DNA of 58,432 nt, taken from the NCBI GenBank assembly GCA_040007715.1, contig JBDTUN010000644.1, forward strand, positions 1 to 58,432, read 5' to 3'. The notes beneath the pieces were generated by a model. That model saw only the letters and a program-made list of their open reading frames with translations, was not told where the DNA came from and did no database searches. Shown piece after piece: positions 9,567 through 21,247 of the stretch (within the stretch, counting starts at the first letter, position 1; the number at the start of each line of letters is the position of its first letter). Source of the DNA: Acidobacteriota bacterium. Its GTDB lineage: Bacteria > Acidobacteriota > Blastocatellia > RBC074. Both the position numbers and the translations under genes were made by a program.

Positions 9567-10151
9567 ATGGCCGATATGGCGAATCTTAAATGCCTGAAAC
9601 CAAAGTTGACGCAAGAGCAGGCGCGAAAGATGTTCGAAAGCGGGCTGCGCGAATCGCGTTACGGCAAGCTGACAATCCAAACCGGATTTTTCCTGCCCTG
9701 CTGGCTGTTCAAAGTCACTGTGCAAAATGCGGGAATGCAGCAAGATCAGTATCTGGCCATTGACGCGATGACCGGCGAACTCGACCTTCGCCAATTAGAT
9801 CAACCTCCGGGCGAGGAAGAATATGACGAAGTGGAATCGGATCAGTTTGGCGCGACGAGACTGGATGAAGCCGAAGCACTTGCGATCCTGCAAGAGCGAG
9901 TTCGACGGATGGTTTATCAGCAAGGTTTTTTTCGCCTCGCTGATTTGAGCATCACAGGCAAGCTGGTGGATCGTTTCTACATTCTTTACCACGTCGCCTT
10001 TTACGTGCGAAAGAATCGCGCCAGGCTGGAAGTGATTGACTCTTTGCGGGGGCAGTTTGAAGGCGCAAAGCTGCGCGATCTAATCGAAAACTGGGCTTCC
10101 GAAACGGCTCAACAGAAGGAAAACGAACGGGCCAAATCAAGGTCACAATGA
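9567..10151 (+). CDS. Hypothetical protein within the SSS-galK operon
   Basis: 194-aa ORF, 9 nt after the transporter and overlapping galK by ATGA; no recognised motif. Confidence 0.7.
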   Translation: MADMANLKCLKPKLTQEQARKMFESGLRESRYGKLTIQTGFFLPCWLFKVTVQNAGMQQDQYLAIDAMTGELDLRQLDQPPGEEEYDEVESDQFGATRLDEAEALAILQERVRRMVYQQGFFRLADLSITGKLVDRFYILYHVAFYVRKNRARLEVIDSLRGQFEGAKLRDLIENWASETAQQKENERAKSRSQ

Positions 10152-11338
10152 TTCCACTGCTTACCAAATTCAAAGAACGTTTCGGCGGCGAACCGCGCGT
10201 CTTTTCAGCGCCTGGCCGAGTCAACCTGATCGGCGAACATACCGATTACAACGACGGATTCGTGCTGCCGATGGCGATTGACCGGCGGACGTATGTTGCC
10301 GCCGCGCCGCACGCTGACAATCTTGTGCGCTGTGTTTCGGAGGAGTTTGACGGGCAAGTCGAGTTTGAATTGAGCGCTGATCTGCAACCGGCGGATGACT
10401 GGGCCAATCACGTACGCGGCCTGGCAGCTTGTCTGTTGCGCGACAAATTCACATTGCGCGGCGCGGATTTGATGATTGCCAGCGAAGTTCCGCTCGGTTC
10501 CGGCTTGAGTTCTTCCGCCGCGCTTGAAATTTCCATCGGCTTTGCCTTGCTGAAGATTTCAGATCAGCCGGTTGACCTGGTTGATCTGGCGCTGGCCGCG
10601 CAGCGCGCAGAACACGAATTCGCCGGGACGCGGAGCGGCATTATGGATCAATACATCGCCTGTCTGGGCATCGCCGGGCATGCGCTGATGATTGATTGCC
10701 GCACGCTGGAATATGAAGCCGTGCCCGTTGACTTGGCAGTTGACCGGAATGCCGTCCGCGTGGTGGTTTGCAATTCGATGGTCAAACACGATCTGGCAGC
10801 GGGCGAATACAACAAGCGGCGAGCGGAATGCGAAGAGGCTGTCCGAAGGCTGGCAACTCATCTTCCAGGCATCCAGGCTCTGCGCGATGTCGAGCTTGAT
10901 GAATTCGATTTGTGGGCGGATTCGTTGCCTGATGTCGTTCGCCGCCGCGCCAATCACATCATCACCGAGAACGCGCGGACGCTGGCGGCGGTCGAGGCGC
11001 TTAAAAAAGGCGACTTGGTTCATTTCGGTAAATTGATGTATGCCTCGCACGCAAGCTTGCGCCACGATTACGAAGTCAGTTGCCGCGAGCTGGACCTGCT
11101 GGTCGAGATTGCCCGACAGTGCGAAGGCGTATACGGCGCGCGGATGACGGGCGGCGGGTTTGGCGGCTGCACGGTCAATCTGGTCGCCGCTAATCGAGTT
11201 GAACTATTCATTGCTGCCATTACCGAAACTTACCGGCGCGAGGCCGGGATGACGCCGGAATGTTATGTTTGTCAGGCGTCCGGTGGGGTAAGGGAAGAAC
11301 ACGATGAGCAGGAATACTCGAACCAGGTTCCTGACTAA
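10148..11338 (+). CDS. galK: Galactokinase
   Basis: APGRVNLIGEHTDYNDGFVLPMAI, P.GSGLSSSAALE, GIMDQY, GARMTGGGFGGC. Confidence 0.98.
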   Translation: MIPLLTKFKERFGGEPRVFSAPGRVNLIGEHTDYNDGFVLPMAIDRRTYVAAAPHADNLVRCVSEEFDGQVEFELSADLQPADDWANHVRGLAACLLRDKFTLRGADLMIASEVPLGSGLSSSAALEISIGFALLKISDQPVDLVDLALAAQRAEHEFAGTRSGIMDQYIACLGIAGHALMIDCRTLEYEAVPVDLAVDRNAVRVVVCNSMVKHDLAAGEYNKRRAECEEAVRRLATHLPGIQALRDVELDEFDLWADSLPDVVRRRANHIITENARTLAAVEALKKGDLVHFGKLMYASHASLRHDYEVSCRELDLLVEIARQCEGVYGARMTGGGFGGCTVNLVAANRVELFIAAITETYRREAGMTPECYVCQASGGVREEHDEQEYSNQVPD

Positions 11339-11399
11339 CAGCCCGTCATACTGGCGGCATTCAAAATTCAGATTCAAACTGGCGGACGAAAATCGAGCG

Positions 11400-11966
11400 A
11401 TGTTACCCAGCAAAAGTGCAAGCAGATATTTATGTGCCACGTTTTTGGCTGCCTTGCCGTTGTTTATTTATGCTCAAACCGAGAAGTCTTTTCACGCCTC
11501 CGCCGAACCCCTGTATCAATCGGCCAGGAAATGGGAGCAGGAGCGCGAGCGAGCCTACAATCGCCAACAATTCACCAAAAACTTCCGCGACCTGCAGCTT
11601 TTAGGCCAAAACCTGCTGACTGAACATGAAGCCCGCCGGCTTACCTCTGCCCGATTGGCAAAAGACAGCAAATCAATTAACAAGTGTGCCAAGGCGCTGC
11701 GGGCACTTACCGCGCTCGGAAGTTTGGCTGTGCCTCATAAAATCAATAAGAACATCGCCACGCCACAGGAATACGACAAATCAATCCGCCTGCTGTCCAA
11801 ACACATCTGGGACTTCGCGCACAATCCTGTTCATCAAAATAGCAAAGTCTTCAACACGGATCAGGCAGGACGTGCCCAGACTGATTTACTGGCTATTATT
11901 GACCTCTCGAAAGCAATCGAAAACAAGGCCAGAGGCTATTCATATACCTCAAGCGCAATAAAGTAG
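11400..11966 (+). CDS. Hypothetical secreted helical protein
   Basis: Signal-peptide-like MLPSKSASRYLCATFLAALPLFIYAQ; start placed at ATG 11400. Confidence 0.6.
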   Translation: MLPSKSASRYLCATFLAALPLFIYAQTEKSFHASAEPLYQSARKWEQERERAYNRQQFTKNFRDLQLLGQNLLTEHEARRLTSARLAKDSKSINKCAKALRALTALGSLAVPHKINKNIATPQEYDKSIRLLSKHIWDFAHNPVHQNSKVFNTDQAGRAQTDLLAIIDLSKAIENKARGYSYTSSAIK

Positions 11967-12820
11967 ATCGCTTCTTTGCGCCATTTCCGGCTGACTTCAG
12001 TTACTTTCATTACCGGGCTGTAAGAGTAATAGAAGTGTTATCGGAAAATGTCCTACAGTCGTGTCGTCAGCCGCCTACCTGCGCTGTCCGAGTTATTCGT
12101 CTATCTTCATTAAATTCGCGGTTTATGGATATGATATTAGGAAATATCTATTGACGAGTACCTTCAACCTGCATACACTCCCGGCGTCGAGTAGAAATCT
12201 TTCTCGACAACCCTTCATCAAATTTTCGACAAACAATATACAGGCCGGGCTTTGCCAAGGTACATAAGACTGTCTGGGAAATAGCACTCTGTTATTCACC
12301 GCGATCAAGTTTTAACCTGAAGCTACTGCACAGGGTGAAATGTTGTTGCTATCCGCGGGCATGTTGCCAGAGCGTAAGTAAGTCAACAATCAGATGCCTG
12401 CTGCAATTGCGGATGACTTCCAGCGATCCGATAGCGCCGATGTTGCCCCGGCCACGATCATTGAAAAGTTAGCCCCAAAATAAAAATAGCAGTGTTGCCA
12501 CTGCTTGAGTGTTCTTATATGTCTTGCGTGCGAGGCTGCGACCGATTCCCGCAACCGAGCGTTTACCAGAGCCTCACCCCGATCACTCCAAAACTGCCAG
12601 CATCACTGGCCATTCACACTATGCTCACTTCCACCTGCCGTCCGTCTGCTTGTCCCGGCAGCGCGGCATTTCGGGTTAAATCCCTCCTCTACAGTCTCGC
12701 ACGCATTGATCCTTAATTCGTAATATGGATTCGCAATCGTGACTTTTGTTCTGCTTCTATTTGAGGATTTTCCCCACCGTTGCGCCAGTAGGGTAGTGTG
12801 GGGTGGCGTGACGGCAATTT

Positions 12821-12865
12821 CGGATGAGATTAGCTCGCAGGGGAGTTAATCTCATCCGGTTTTTT
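12821..12865 (+). terminator. Strong intrinsic terminator (plus strand) with no adjacent upstream CDS
   Basis: 16-bp stem CGGATGAGATTAGCTC / GAGTTAATCTCATCCG (one G-U) followed by GTTTTTT. Confidence 0.75.
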
Positions 12866-12892
12866 ATGTTGTGTTTCAAATTCGCCCGCGCT

Positions 12893-14221
12893 TTATTGCC
12901 GCTTTCCCGCGTTACGATCCAGATAATTGAGCAGCACGTTTGACATTACCTTTACACCGATTACCAGGCTTTCCTCGTCCGCGTCGAACTCCGGCGTGTG
13001 GACCATTGCAGTAATCCCTTTTGCTTTGTTACCCACGCCCAGGAAGTAAAAGAAGCCGGGAATTACTTTCTGGTAAGCTGAAAAATCTTCCGCGCCCATC
13101 TGGGGCAGGGGAGTGGTAACATTCTTCTCGCCGAGGATTCGTTTCATTACTGGCAAAGTAGCTTCAACCAGTGCCGGATCGTTATAAGTAACCGGATTGT
13201 TACTTCCAAACTCAAGTTCGTAGCTTGCTCCATACGCCGATGTTATTCCGGCCAGCGTCTGTTTCATCATCTCCATAGCCTTTGCGCGCACCTCTTCGCT
13301 CAGTGTGCGCATGGTGCCTTCCAGTTTTACCTCGTCGGCGATGATGTTGAACCGGTTGCCGCCGTGGATGCTGCCGAGCGTGATGACCAATGGTTCTTGT
13401 GTGTTGATGCGGCGGCTGCGAATAGTTTGCAGAGCCGTGACGCATTCGGCGGCGGCTACCACTGCGTCAATCCCGTCGTGCGGGTAAGCGCCGTGAACCT
13501 TCTTGCCGCGAATGGTGATTGAGAAGCGATCCGACGACGCCATAGCCGGGCCGGAGTTCACTCCGATCTGGCCGACTTCGATATTGGGCATTACGTGCAG
13601 GCCGAAGATGGCGGACGGGCGCGGGTTTTCCAGGCAGCCTTCCGCAATCATCAACGGAGCGCCGCCGCGTTCGCCGGGGGGCGGGCCTTCTTCGGCGGGT
13701 TGGAAGATGAACTTGATTGTCCCGTGAATCCGGTCGCGCATTTTGCTCAGCACTTCGGCCACACCCAATTCCACTGTCATATGCAGGTCGTGCCCGCAGG
13801 CGTGTTTGACGCCTTCGTTTTTGGATTTGTACGGCACGTCAATCGTTTCCAGAATCGGCAGGGCGTCCATATCGGCGCGCACAGCAACCACGTCGCCTGG
13901 CAGTTTGCCTTTCAGCAAAGCAATCACACCGTGTTTGCCGACGCCGGTCTTGACCTCGTCCATGCCCAGCGCGCGAAGCCTTTCGGCAACGACCTTTGCC
14001 GTGCGTTCTTCGCGATTGGACAATTCCGGGTGGATATGAAAATCGCGCCGTTGTTCGACCAGCTTCTGGCGCAAGCCTTCCGCCGCGCGGGCAATCTCCT
14101 GCTCATTCGTGTCAGCAAAAATCGAAGCATCCGATTTGGCTGGCCATCTGAATAATGCAATTGCCAATAAAAGAGATGCGAGCAGGAATACGGCTACAGA
14201 GAAAACACGCCTGGACTTCAT
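12893..14221 (-). CDS. M20 family amidohydrolase (Acy1/HipO-like) with N-terminal signal or anchor
   Basis: RRDFHIHPELSNRE, RADMDALP, HACGHD, FQPAEEG, HGAYPH, MGAEDFS, HTPEF. Confidence 0.93.
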   Translation of the reverse strand: MKSRRVFSVAVFLLASLLLAIALFRWPAKSDASIFADTNEQEIARAAEGLRQKLVEQRRDFHIHPELSNREERTAKVVAERLRALGMDEVKTGVGKHGVIALLKGKLPGDVVAVRADMDALPILETIDVPYKSKNEGVKHACGHDLHMTVELGVAEVLSKMRDRIHGTIKFIFQPAEEGPPPGERGGAPLMIAEGCLENPRPSAIFGLHVMPNIEVGQIGVNSGPAMASSDRFSITIRGKKVHGAYPHDGIDAVVAAAECVTALQTIRSRRINTQEPLVITLGSIHGGNRFNIIADEVKLEGTMRTLSEEVRAKAMEMMKQTLAGITSAYGASYELEFGSNNPVTYNDPALVEATLPVMKRILGEKNVTTPLPQMGAEDFSAYQKVIPGFFYFLGVGNKAKGITAMVHTPEFDADEESLVIGVKVMSNVLLNYLDRNAGKRQ

Positions 14222-14342
14222 TGATTGCCTCCGATGATCCGGTTGAAGAAAGTTTGGAAGAGATTCGTCAGAATGACGTGCTTCAAGTTACAAGACATTG
14301 CCGAAGCCGGTCAATGCAGATGAAGGTTGGGGTTGTAGGCGG

Positions 14343-16031
14343 TCAGCCGCTTTTCGATCCGCCCGATCGCAGGATGCTCCACGCCAGGTACAAGCCCAGC
14401 ACTACTGCGAAGAAGAACCCAACAGCGAACATCCTTCCGGCCCAACGTTCCCATCCTGCGGGGCGGAAAACGGACAGCAGGATTGACAAGCCTACGATGA
14501 ATGCCGCTGCGATTACGCCCAGCACGATGCGGTTGGCCAGTCGTTCCAGGCGGGAAATTAATGGCTCGAACGTGCCAGGCTTCATTCCGATTTCAAAGCC
14601 GCCGCGTTCGATCTCGCCCAGAATATGGCGCAGGTGCTGCGGAATCTGCACGCTCAAGCGCGCAACATCAATGCTGGCTTGTCTCAGTTGTTTGGCCATT
14701 CGGCGCGGCGAAAACAATCGCAGCATCAATCGTTGGGCGTATGGTTCGATGACTTCGGTTAGATGAAAATCTGGGTCCAGGCGCTTGCCGATGCCTTCGG
14801 CCATAACGATGGTTTTAACTAGCAAAGCCAGATGCGGCGGCAGGTTCAACCGGTGGCGGCGAATGATGACGAAAGCGTCATTGAAAAGCGGGGAGAGGTT
14901 GATCTGGCCAAGGGGCAGGCCAATGTAAGGCTTGACCAGATACTCCAAATCCCGTCTTAATTCAGCGCGATTGACGCGTTGTTTGGTCACTTCCATTTCC
15001 AGAACGGCTTCGGTCAGGCGGTCGTAATCCTGCCGCGTCAGCGCCAGAATCAGGTTGGCCAGATAATCCTGCGTCTTTTCATTCACCGTGCCGGCCAGCC
15101 CGAAATCAACCAGCCCGAAGCGGCCATCCGGCAGAACGAAGAAGTTGCCCGGATGCAGATCGCCGTGAAAGAAGCCGTCTTCAAAGATCATCTTCAGGAT
15201 GGCGTGCGTGCCGCATTTGGCCAACTCGGCGCGATCAATGCCAAAGTTATCAATCGCTGAAATCTCGCTGACCTTGACGCCGCGAACGCGTTCCTGCGTC
15301 AGCACGCGCGAGGTCGTCGTCTCCCAAAAGATGCGCGGAATTTGAATGGCCTGATCGGCAGCGAAGTTGGCGGCAAAGCGTTCCGCGTTCTGGCCCTCGT
15401 GGATGTAATCAAGTTCAGAGCGCAGGCTGAGCGCAAACTCCTGCGTCAATCCAAGCAGGTCGTAGCGTTTGGCAAATTCCCAGCGGCGATTGAGCGCCGC
15501 AGCCAGATTGTGGAGTATCTCCAAATCTTCCTCGACCTGTTTGACGACGCCAGGGCGGCGGACTTTGACGATGACATCATTACCATTGAGCAGGCGCGCC
15601 GCGTGCACTTGCCCGATTGAAGCGGCAGCCAGTGGCTCGCGGTCAAACTGCCCGAAGAGGGCTTCAATCGGCTGACCGATTTCTGATTCGATAACTTCCA
15701 CCGCCGAGTCGGAATCGAACGGCGGCGCTTCATCCTGCAGCCTGGCAAATTCGGCCACGTACTCCGGCGGCAGCAGGTCGGGGCGTGTTGAAAGAAGCTG
15801 TCCCAGCTTGATGAAGGTCGCGCCGAGTTCTTCCATTGCAGTGCGGATATGCTGCGGCGGCGTAAATGTTTGATTGCCGGAGGATTCGGCGAGCAAGTCC
15901 TGGTGAAACGGCAAAAAGCGATCCAGCGCCATTGCGCTCAGCAGATAGCCGAAGCCGTGTTTGGTCAAAACTTCCGCGATTTGCCGGTAGCGATGCAGGT
16001 GCGTGTCTTTGGTGCCGACAAGTAATGGCAT
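14343..16031 (-). CDS. AarF/UbiB/ABC1 atypical kinase family protein
   Basis: LGATFIKLGQLLSTRPDLLP, AAASIGQVH, VKVRRP, FFHGDLHPGN, DFG; two C-terminal TM helices; SD AGGAG upstream. Confidence 0.93.
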   Translation of the reverse strand: MPLLVGTKDTHLHRYRQIAEVLTKHGFGYLLSAMALDRFLPFHQDLLAESSGNQTFTPPQHIRTAMEELGATFIKLGQLLSTRPDLLPPEYVAEFARLQDEAPPFDSDSAVEVIESEIGQPIEALFGQFDREPLAAASIGQVHAARLLNGNDVIVKVRRPGVVKQVEEDLEILHNLAAALNRRWEFAKRYDLLGLTQEFALSLRSELDYIHEGQNAERFAANFAADQAIQIPRIFWETTTSRVLTQERVRGVKVSEISAIDNFGIDRAELAKCGTHAILKMIFEDGFFHGDLHPGNFFVLPDGRFGLVDFGLAGTVNEKTQDYLANLILALTRQDYDRLTEAVLEMEVTKQRVNRAELRRDLEYLVKPYIGLPLGQINLSPLFNDAFVIIRRHRLNLPPHLALLVKTIVMAEGIGKRLDPDFHLTEVIEPYAQRLMLRLFSPRRMAKQLRQASIDVARLSVQIPQHLRHILGEIERGGFEIGMKPGTFEPLISRLERLANRIVLGVIAAAFIVGLSILLSVFRPAGWERWAGRMFAVGFFFAVVLGLYLAWSILRSGGSKSG

Positions 16032-16201
16032 TCGTGTAATCACATCTCCTCGCGCTTGTTTTCGTCTCCCACACAAGTTTACAGGACGCCTTAGACATTG
16101 CCTAAGAGACGCCGGTTGCGCGATTGCCGCCAGGGATGGTTAGATTCGCTCGTCATAAGCATCTCCTCCCATTTGATTTGTGAATCAATGCTGCAAACAA
16201 A

Positions 16202-17722
16202 ATGAAAGAGAACAATACGATTCATCGGAATGTTCAACGTTCCACCAAGTTACGCGCTACTGCGCTTCGTATGTCAGCGGAGCGGGCATTTTCGCGCGCC
16301 GTCGGTTCTCCACTGGTGCCCGGCAACAGCATCCGATTGTTGCGAGACGCGGGCGAAAATTATCCGGTCTGGCTGGAGGCCATTCGAACTGCCCAGCACA
16401 CCATTCACTTCGAAAGCTACATCATTCACGAAGACGAACAGGGACGCATTTTTGCGGAAGCATTGGCTGAAAAAGCTCGTGCTGGCGTGCGGGTAAGGTT
16501 GATCTACGATTGGATGGGGGGGCTGACAGCGACTTCAAATAAATTCTGGCGTTCGTTGCAGGCTGCCGGTGTGGAAGTTCGTTGTTTCAATCCGCCGCAC
16601 TTGGATAGTCCGTTTGGCTGGGTGAAACGCGATCATCGCAAAATGCTGGCGATTGACGGGCGCGTTGGGTTTGTTACCGGAATGTGCGTCGGGCAGATGT
16701 GGATCGGCTATCCCGAAAAGGGCATCGAGGGCTGGCGCGACACTGGGATTGAAGTGCGCGGCCCCGCAGTGGCGGACATTGATCAGGCATTCGCGCATAT
16801 GTGGGCACTGACGGGCGCGCCTTTGCCGGAGGAAGAATTGGTCGCCGCGTCCAGCCTCGCGCCGGCAGGTGGCGTGCATTTGCGCGTCGTCGCCAGCTTG
16901 CCGAATACCGCCGGGTTATACCGGCTGGATCAGATTATTGCGGCGACTGCGCGCGAAACGCTCTGGCTGACCGACGCCTACTTTGCCGGCACATCCCCTT
17001 ACGTTCAGGCGCTGTGCGCAGCCGCAATGGATCATGTTGATGTGCGTTTGCTGGTGCCGCAGGCGACCGATCTGCCTGTGATGCGCGCGCTGTCACGTTC
17101 AGGCTATCGCCCATTGCTGGAAGCTGGCGTGCGCGTGTTTGAATGGAACGGGCCGATGATTCATGCCAAGACAGCCGTCGCCGATGGCAAATGGGCGCGT
17201 GTCGGTTCGTCCAACCTGAATCTGGCGAGTTGGATCACCAACTGGGAACTTGATGTGGTGGTTGAAGACGCGGAGTTCGGCGAAGAGATGGAGCAGATGT
17301 TCCTGCACGATTTGCAGAACGCCACAGAGATTGTGCTGACAGCCAAAAGGAAGGTCTTTACTCCGCGCAAGCCGCGACATCGCCATCGTCGGTTCCGTGC
17401 AAAGTTCGACACGCTAAGTTCCGGACGCACAGCGGCGGGTGCCGTGCGATTCGGCAACGTTGTTACGGCAGCCATCTCAAACCAGCGTATTCTTAGTCCA
17501 GCCGAGGCGCGAATTATGTTTAGCGCCGGGCTGTTGCTGTTGGGATTTTCTGTCGTTGCCGTCTTCTGGCCGCGTTGGGTGTCGGTTCCGCTGGCGGTAA
17601 TTGCAAGCTGGATCGCGATTTCGCTCTTCATCAGAGGCTATGAACTCCACCGCGAAGGAAAACGTGAAGAGATGGCGCTAAAAGATAACGAAAAAATAGA
17701 TGAAGTCCGATCCGACGCCTGA
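16202..17722 (+). CDS. Cardiolipin synthase / phospholipase D family (ClsB-like)
   Basis: Two HKD motifs (HRKMLAIDG and HAKTAVADG...GSSNL); adjacent to an EEP gene as in ybhP-clsB clusters. Confidence 0.9.
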   Translation: MKENNTIHRNVQRSTKLRATALRMSAERAFSRAVGSPLVPGNSIRLLRDAGENYPVWLEAIRTAQHTIHFESYIIHEDEQGRIFAEALAEKARAGVRVRLIYDWMGGLTATSNKFWRSLQAAGVEVRCFNPPHLDSPFGWVKRDHRKMLAIDGRVGFVTGMCVGQMWIGYPEKGIEGWRDTGIEVRGPAVADIDQAFAHMWALTGAPLPEEELVAASSLAPAGGVHLRVVASLPNTAGLYRLDQIIAATARETLWLTDAYFAGTSPYVQALCAAAMDHVDVRLLVPQATDLPVMRALSRSGYRPLLEAGVRVFEWNGPMIHAKTAVADGKWARVGSSNLNLASWITNWELDVVVEDAEFGEEMEQMFLHDLQNATEIVLTAKRKVFTPRKPRHRHRRFRAKFDTLSSGRTAAGAVRFGNVVTAAISNQRILSPAEARIMFSAGLLLLGFSVVAVFWPRWVSVPLAVIASWIAISLFIRGYELHREGKREEMALKDNEKIDEVRSDA

Positions 17723-17736
17723 GCCGGAAATTTGTT

Positions 17737-18495
17737 ATGCGTGAAGTGAAACGGTTTCGAGTTGCCACCTACAACATCCACAAATGTGTCGGCATTGATC
17801 GCCGGTTGCGCCCCGACCGCATCGTTGACGTGCTGCGCGAAATTGATGCGGACATCATCGCCATGCAGGAGGTGCTTTGTATTCAGACGCCGGGGAAAAG
17901 CCAGGAGCAGGGAAGTGAAGACGACCAGGCGCACTTCATTGCGCGCGCCCTGGGGCTGGACTTCCGGCTGGGCGAAAACCGGCGGTTGAGAGGAGGTGCT
18001 TACGGCAATGTCGTGCTCAGCCGTTTACCAGTTATCGCCGCTCGCAACCACGACATCAGCGTGGTGGGCCGCGAACAGCGCGGCTGCCTGCGCGTGGATA
18101 TTGATTTGCACGGCCAACAACCGCTCCACGTCTACAACGTCCACCTGGGCACGTCCTTCACTGAGCGCCGCAGCCAGGCGCGCAAGCTGCTCCACAACGA
18201 CGTGCTCAAGAACGGCGACCACACCGGTCCGCGAGTTCTGCTCGGTGACTTCAACGAATGGACGCGCGGCCTGGCTTCGCGCCTGCTCAACGAACACTTC
18301 CAAAATGCTGACATACGGGCGCACCTCGGGCGCGCTAAAACCTATCCCGGAGTTTTCCCGTTCCTGCATCTCGATCACATCTATTTCGATCAAGCGTTGG
18401 AATTGATTGACGCCAAGTTGCATCGGAGTAGGGCCGCGTTGGTTGCCTCTGATCATTTACCGATTGTGGCCGACTTTGCTGTGCGGGATTTGTGA
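17737..18495 (+). CDS. Endonuclease/exonuclease/phosphatase family protein (YbhP-like)
   Basis: [32 protein letters not shown]. Confidence 0.92.
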   Translation: MREVKRFRVATYNIHKCVGIDRRLRPDRIVDVLREIDADIIAMQEVLCIQTPGKSQEQGSEDDQAHFIARALGLDFRLGENRRLRGGAYGNVVLSRLPVIAARNHDISVVGREQRGCLRVDIDLHGQQPLHVYNVHLGTSFTERRSQARKLLHNDVLKNGDHTGPRVLLGDFNEWTRGLASRLLNEHFQNADIRAHLGRAKTYPGVFPFLHLDHIYFDQALELIDAKLHRSRAALVASDHLPIVADFAVRDL

Positions 18496-18508
18496 ACTTG
18501 GCCGGAGG

Positions 18509-18640
<132 letters not shown>

Positions 18641-18644
18641 CTAG

Positions 18645-18660
18645 TGCAAGCACGATGCCA
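18645..18660 (-). promoter_or_regulatory. Sigma54 (-24/-12) promoter
   Basis: Minus strand TGGCATCGTGCTTGCA, with exact GG-N10-GC spacing and a close match to TGGCAC-N5-TTGCA. Confidence 0.7.
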
Positions 18661-18829
18661 GACCACTGCCACACCTGCCTAATTGCCTGATCATCAATAA
18701 TGACAGGCTCTTGAGCATTTTTAGCGTTGATTTGCCGTCGCCGCTTGATTGATCTGAACAGGTAAAACTTTCTCGGAAGTGAAAAAAAGGTGTGTAAAAA
18801 TTATCTCCAGGAAAAAGAGGGCAGAGGGG

Positions 18830-19612
18830 TTAGGAGCGAAGATACGAAGCGCCGTTTACATCAATGATGCCGCCGGTTAGAAAATCGGTTCCTTCGGAAG
18901 CAAGAAATAAGACTGTTCGCGCTACCTCTTCAGGTTTGGCTACGCGTTTCAGCGGGCTTTGATTGCGAATGCCGTCGCCTTCCGCGCCATCCAGCCGATA
19001 GGACACCCGCTCGGTTTCGACGAAACCCGGCGCGACGACATAGACGAAAATATTGTGCGGAGCCAGGGCCTGCGCCAGCGATTGGCTCATTGCATTCAAC
19101 CCGGCCTTGCTCGCGCCATAAGCAGGGGCGTCCGGCTCGCCGCGAAACGCGCCGCGCGAAGAGATGTTGACGATGCGCCCACCGCCTTGCCCATTATTTT
19201 GTTGGACCATCTGCTGCGCAGCACAAAAGCTGACGTTCGCCGCGCCAATCAGATTCGTGTTCAGCGTCCGCAGCCATGCGGCCTGCCAGTCTTCGTAGCT
19301 GACTTTGGCAATTTGGTGCGCTTCGAAGATGGCGGCGTTATTGACCAGAACATCCAAGCGACGATGCTCTCCAATGACGGCTTGGATGAGTTGGCTGACC
19401 TGGGCTGGATCGGTGATGTCGGCTTGATGAAGTGAGTGGGAATCGCCAGACAGCGAGGCCAATGTCTTTTCGGCTTCTTTACGATTGCTGTGGTAATGAA
19501 GCGCGACGCGCGCGCCACGTTCGGCGAACTGTTGCGCGATGACGCGGCCAATGCCTTGCGCCGATCCCGTAATCAAAACGACCTTGCCCGCGAAATCCTG
19601 TTGCTCCTGCAT
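18830..19612 (-). CDS. SDR family oxidoreductase (FabG-like)
   Basis: [26 protein letters not shown]; start placed at ATG 19612 just after the ABC1 kinase stop. Confidence 0.93.
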   Translation of the reverse strand: MQEQQDFAGKVVLITGSAQGIGRVIAQQFAERGARVALHYHSNRKEAEKTLASLSGDSHSLHQADITDPAQVSQLIQAVIGEHRRLDVLVNNAAIFEAHQIAKVSYEDWQAAWLRTLNTNLIGAANVSFCAAQQMVQQNNGQGGGRIVNISSRGAFRGEPDAPAYGASKAGLNAMSQSLAQALAPHNIFVYVVAPGFVETERVSYRLDGAEGDGIRNQSPLKRVAKPEEVARTVLFLASEGTDFLTGGIIDVNGASYLRS

Positions 19613-19614
19613 GC

Positions 19615-21189
19615 TTACGACGCTTTCTGCATAAAATCGTCCCAGTAACTTTTGATGGCGATCTTGGCCAGCTTCCACATCTTGCCCCATTGAATCTCGT
19701 TTTCTTCGCCGTAGATCAGCTTGCGGATCAGCAGGTCGCGCAAAGTTTTGCCTTCGCGTCTAATCATGAACTCTTTGGCGAAGGGCTTGGCTACGTCGAA
19801 GAAGCTGAAGTTCGGATCCATCGCGATGCCGATACCTTCCAGCGTCATAATCGCGCGCATCACATAAGTGAAGTGAGACGGGATGCGGAACGGGTATTCA
19901 TAGATCACTTCGGCCAGTTCGTAGGTCAGTTCTTTGAAGCGAATCTCGCCGAGCTTCAGATTGAAATAGTCAGTGAAGAGCTTTTCGACGACGGGCTTGA
20001 TGATCTCCTGATCAACTGTCGGCGCCAGGAATTGCAGGTTGATTAAATCCTGCGTCAGTCCTTTCACATCCTTTTCCATGATGTGAAAGAAAGCGTCAAT
20101 CAACTGGCCCTGCAGCGTCGGCGAGATGCGCCCGACCATCCCAAAGTCGAAGAACGCCAGCCGCCCATCGTCCATCACACGCAGGTTGCCGGGATGAGGG
20201 TCGGCGTGAAAATAGCCGTCTTCGAGCAATTGTTTCAGGTAGGTTCGCGCAATCAGTTTGATGACATCGGGCGGCTGGATGCCGCGTTCGCGCAGAGTTT
20301 GCAGGTCGAGAACTTTCGATCCGCCAATGAACTCCATCGTCAGCACGCGCGTCGAAGAGTGCGACCAGTAAATTGTCGGGACGTAGACTTCACGCCATTT
20401 GCGGAAATTGGCACGGAAGGTTTCGGCGTTGTGGCCTTCCTGCACGTAGTCCATTTCCTCGAAGATAACGGTAGCGAATTCGCCCAGAATGCCTTCCCAA
20501 TCTATGCCGCGAATGACCTGTGGGAACCGCATCATAAACTGCGCAATGCTGCGCAGGACGGCCAGGTCAAAATTGATGACATCGGCCAGATCAGGCCGCT
20601 GCACTTTGACCGCAACCTCTTCGCCCGAATGCAGGCGCGCTCGATAAACCTGACCGAGCGAGGCAGCCGCAATCGGCGCGCCATCAATTTCGGCAAACAG
20701 TTCTTCAAGGGGCTTGCCCAATTCGCGCTCGATGATGGCCATGGCGACTTCGTGGTCGAACGAGGGCACGTTGTCCTGCAGCTTGCTCAGTTCTTTGATG
20801 TAAGCCAGCGGCAGCAGGTCGGCGCGCGTCGAGACGGACTGGCCGATCTTGATGAACGTAGGGCCGAGTTTGAGCAATTGGCGGCTGAGCCATTCGCCCT
20901 GCCATTGCAGATGCTTCTCTTCGGATTCGTCTTTTTTGCCGATGAACCAGCCGTGATGGTAGGCGTAAACGAACAGGTGGTAGAGCGTGAACGTCCAAAT
21001 GATGTGAAACGCGCGAAACCAGCCACGAACGCCGTTCCCCTTGATCTGCACATTCGGGTCGTAGCGAGCGACGTTGGCGGCCTCGATTATCGGCGCTGCT
21101 TCCATCGCCGTGGGCACAATCGTCAACGCTTGCGTGCCGTTGCTCGTCCTCATCTGCCGTTCGATCTCTTGTGTTGTAAAAGTCATCAT
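19615..21189 (-). CDS. AarF/UbiB/ABC1 atypical kinase family protein (second copy)
   Basis: [49 protein letters not shown]. Confidence 0.93.
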   Translation of the reverse strand: MMTFTTQEIERQMRTSNGTQALTIVPTAMEAAPIIEAANVARYDPNVQIKGNGVRGWFRAFHIIWTFTLYHLFVYAYHHGWFIGKKDESEEKHLQWQGEWLSRQLLKLGPTFIKIGQSVSTRADLLPLAYIKELSKLQDNVPSFDHEVAMAIIERELGKPLEELFAEIDGAPIAAASLGQVYRARLHSGEEVAVKVQRPDLADVINFDLAVLRSIAQFMMRFPQVIRGIDWEGILGEFATVIFEEMDYVQEGHNAETFRANFRKWREVYVPTIYWSHSSTRVLTMEFIGGSKVLDLQTLRERGIQPPDVIKLIARTYLKQLLEDGYFHADPHPGNLRVMDDGRLAFFDFGMVGRISPTLQGQLIDAFFHIMEKDVKGLTQDLINLQFLAPTVDQEIIKPVVEKLFTDYFNLKLGEIRFKELTYELAEVIYEYPFRIPSHFTYVMRAIMTLEGIGIAMDPNFSFFDVAKPFAKEFMIRREGKTLRDLLIRKLIYGEENEIQWGKMWKLAKIAIKSYWDDFMQKAS

Positions 21190-21247
21190 TGTTCTTCGGT
21201 GTCCGCAGTCTTTTATTAGGGGGGCTGGCTCGGCGCGACGATACGTT

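Noticed and set aside
20083-21219. 378-aa plus-strand ORF
   Set aside because: Shadow ORF antisense to the ABC1 kinase, typical of GC-rich coding DNA.
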